Below, piece by piece: positions 44,686 to 45,918 of a stretch of 45,918 bases of DNA. The notes beneath the pieces were generated by a model. It was not told the origin of the DNA, did no database searches, and saw only the letters and a list, made by a program, of their open reading frames with translations. Made by a program: the position numbers and the translations under genes. The stretch lies in NCBI GenBank assembly GCA_051650365.1, contig JBOFIW010000315.1, forward strand, positions 1-45,918, in the 5' to 3' direction. Every line of letters begins with the position of its first letter. The first letter of the stretch is position 1. Origin of the DNA: Vibrio sp. GTDB lineage: Bacteria; Pseudomonadota; Gammaproteobacteria; Enterobacterales; Vibrionaceae.

Positions 44686-44744
44686 CCGTCATGGGGTGTC
44701 GGGGGTCGGAGGTTCAAATCCTCTCAGTCCGACCATACACCTAA
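44686..44744 (+). repeat. att core, right copy (truncated tRNA-Pro 3' part)
   Basis: Identical to 4722-4780. Confidence 0.95.
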
Positions 44745-44772
44745 AGGGGAGTTTCTAAGAAACTCCCCTTTT
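44743..44772 (+). terminator. Original host terminator of tRNA-Pro
   Basis: AAAGGGGAGTTTC-TAA-GAAACTCCCCTTTT. Confidence 0.85.
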
Positions 44773-44858
44773 CCGTTTTAAAACTTGTAAAAAATAGCGC
44801 TTAGCAATAAAAACATTGACCAAGTGTACATAATTAGAGCAAACAGTGTTTTAGGGGC

Positions 44859-44887
44859 TTTACAAGCAAGCATCGGGTCGATATTAT
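44859..44887 (+). promoter_or_regulatory. Sigma70 promoter of tRNA-Ser
   Basis: TTTACA-17-TATTAT followed by GCGCCC discriminator. Confidence 0.75.
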
Positions 44888-44898
44888 GCGCCCACAAA

Positions 44899-44989
44899 GG
44901 AGAGATGGCTGAGTGGTTGAAAGCACCGGTCTTGAAAACCGGCGATGGTTAATAGCTATCCTAGGGTTCAAATCCCTATCTCTCCGCCA
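44899..44989 (+). tRNA. tRNA-Ser(TGA)
   Basis: GGAGAGA/TCTCTCC acceptor stem, CCGGT-CTTGAAA-ACCGG anticodon arm, long variable arm, GCCA end. Confidence 0.97.
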
Positions 44990-44995
44990 CATTAG

Positions 44996-45024
44996 AAAAG
45001 CCGCTGATTATTCAGCGGCTTTTT
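44996..45024. terminator. Bidirectional terminator
   Basis: AAAAGCCGCTGA-TTAT-TCAGCGGCTTTTT. Confidence 0.85.
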
Positions 45025-45051
45025 GCTTTTACGTATGTCCACGATTTCACT

Positions 45052-45918
45052 TCAATACCCTGCGCTTAACGCCGCTTTCAGTAACTCAAGATGCAATGGC
45101 ACGAGTGCCGCATGGTCTTCGCGATACCCACCACCAATGACACAAGCGATTGGAATGCTTTCCTGCTTTGCCAAAGCCAACATAAAACGATCGCGTTGCG
45201 CGATAGCCACCTGTGAAATCGACAAATAGCCCAGCTCATCATCACTATGAATATCCACCCCCGCATCGTAAAGAATGAGGTCAGGTTGATGAATATTCAC
45301 CGCCATCTCAACCACCTGAGTAAATGTGGATAAAAACTCCTCATCCCCTGTCTGCTTAGTAAACTCTATATCCATATCAGAAGCGGGTTTACGTGCAGGG
45401 AAATTCTTATCACAGTGAAAAGAAAGGGTAATGATCTCGTCACGTTCCGCACACAAGGTTGCCGTTCCATCGCCATGATGCACATCACTATCAATGATCA
45501 GAACTTTATCAACACCAGACAAAGAGAGTGCGAAGTGTGCTGCTATCGCCAAATCATTAAACAGACAGAAACCGCTGCCAAAACCCGCGTGAGCATGGTG
45601 ATACCCACCACTAAGGTGGATTGCGACACCTGACAGCAAAGCTCGCTCGACCGTTAAGCAGGTTCCTCCTACAGAAAGCAACGTACGCTCAATCAGTTTT
45701 TCACTCCAAGGAAAACCAATTCGGCGCATCTTGGCTGCTGGCAGTGCTCCATCCAACAAGGCCTGTACATATTCTGAATCATGCAATGATTCCACTAAGG
45801 AGAGTTCAGCTATTTGTGGTGTAAAAAATCCAAATGCTTCTCGCCACTCTTCGCTTTGTGCTTGTTGGCGAACAATGTCTTCATACAGTAAACGGTACTT
45901 GTTGATGGGATATCGATG
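45052..45918 (-). CDS. Histone deacetylase/AcuC family protein (5' end outside the window)
   Basis: Frame open to the window edge ('HRYPINKY'); 'GGYHHA', 'GFCLFND', 'DVHHGDGT', 'GGGY'. Confidence 0.93.
   Translation of the reverse strand, partial: HRYPINKYRLLYEDIVRQQAQSEEWREAFGFFTPQIAELSLVESLHDSEYVQALLDGALPAAKMRRIGFPWSEKLIERTLLSVGGTCLTVERALLSGVAIHLSGGYHHAHAGFGSGFCLFNDLAIAAHFALSLSGVDKVLIIDSDVHHGDGTATLCAERDEIITLSFHCDKNFPARKPASDMDIEFTKQTGDEEFLSTFTQVVEMAVNIHQPDLILYDAGVDIHSDDELGYLSISQVAIAQRDRFMLALAKQESIPIACVIGGGYREDHAALVPLHLELLKAALSAGY

Larger units (their letters stand above)
4722..44744. mobile_element. Apparently intact temperate myovirus prophage (~40 kb) integrated in tRNA-Pro
   Basis: 59-bp direct repeat at both ends, integrase next to the tRNA, and replication, immunity, head, tail and lysis modules. 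Confidence 0.95.

Noticed and set aside
44686-44735. Second tRNA-Pro gene
   Set aside because: Lacks the 5' acceptor strand and D-arm; it is the att duplication.
44913-45140. 75-aa ORF, and the 4777-4989 ORF
   Set aside because: They overlap tRNA-Ser and its terminator, or the att arm and integrase end; spurious.

Overview
Vibrio chromosomal segment (gene order nhaC-like fragment, Hpt protein, yejK/ndpA, yejL, yejM, tRNA-Pro, tRNA-Ser, histone deacetylase family; V. cholerae clade is my inference). A roughly 40 kb, apparently complete prophage is integrated in tRNA-Pro(GGG), bounded by a 59-bp direct repeat (4722-4780 and 44686-44744). The phage has a lambda-type int/xis, a P4-alpha-like primase-helicase, a cI/cro/cII-like switch, a P2-like contractile tail with a PAAR tip, a fused Mu-like protease-scaffold-capsid, TerS/TerL/portal, a holin-like gene and a distant GH108 endolysin. 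Most notable: (1) a phage-encoded homolog of the Vibrio quorum-sensing/virulence regulator AphA just upstream of xis-int; (2) a candidate trans-acting antisense RNA from the cro-cII gap complementary to the terminator region in front of xis-int; (3) three tyrosine recombinases and two related YRTGG repeat clusters near the prophage ends; (4) a complete C4-type antisense RNA switch inside the head module, near duplicated zinc-ribbon genes; (5) a twin-arginine-like N-terminus on the capsid polyprotein and a phage GroES; (6) membrane-protein morons that may be anti-phage. Family assignments come from motif recognition by eye, not database searches.
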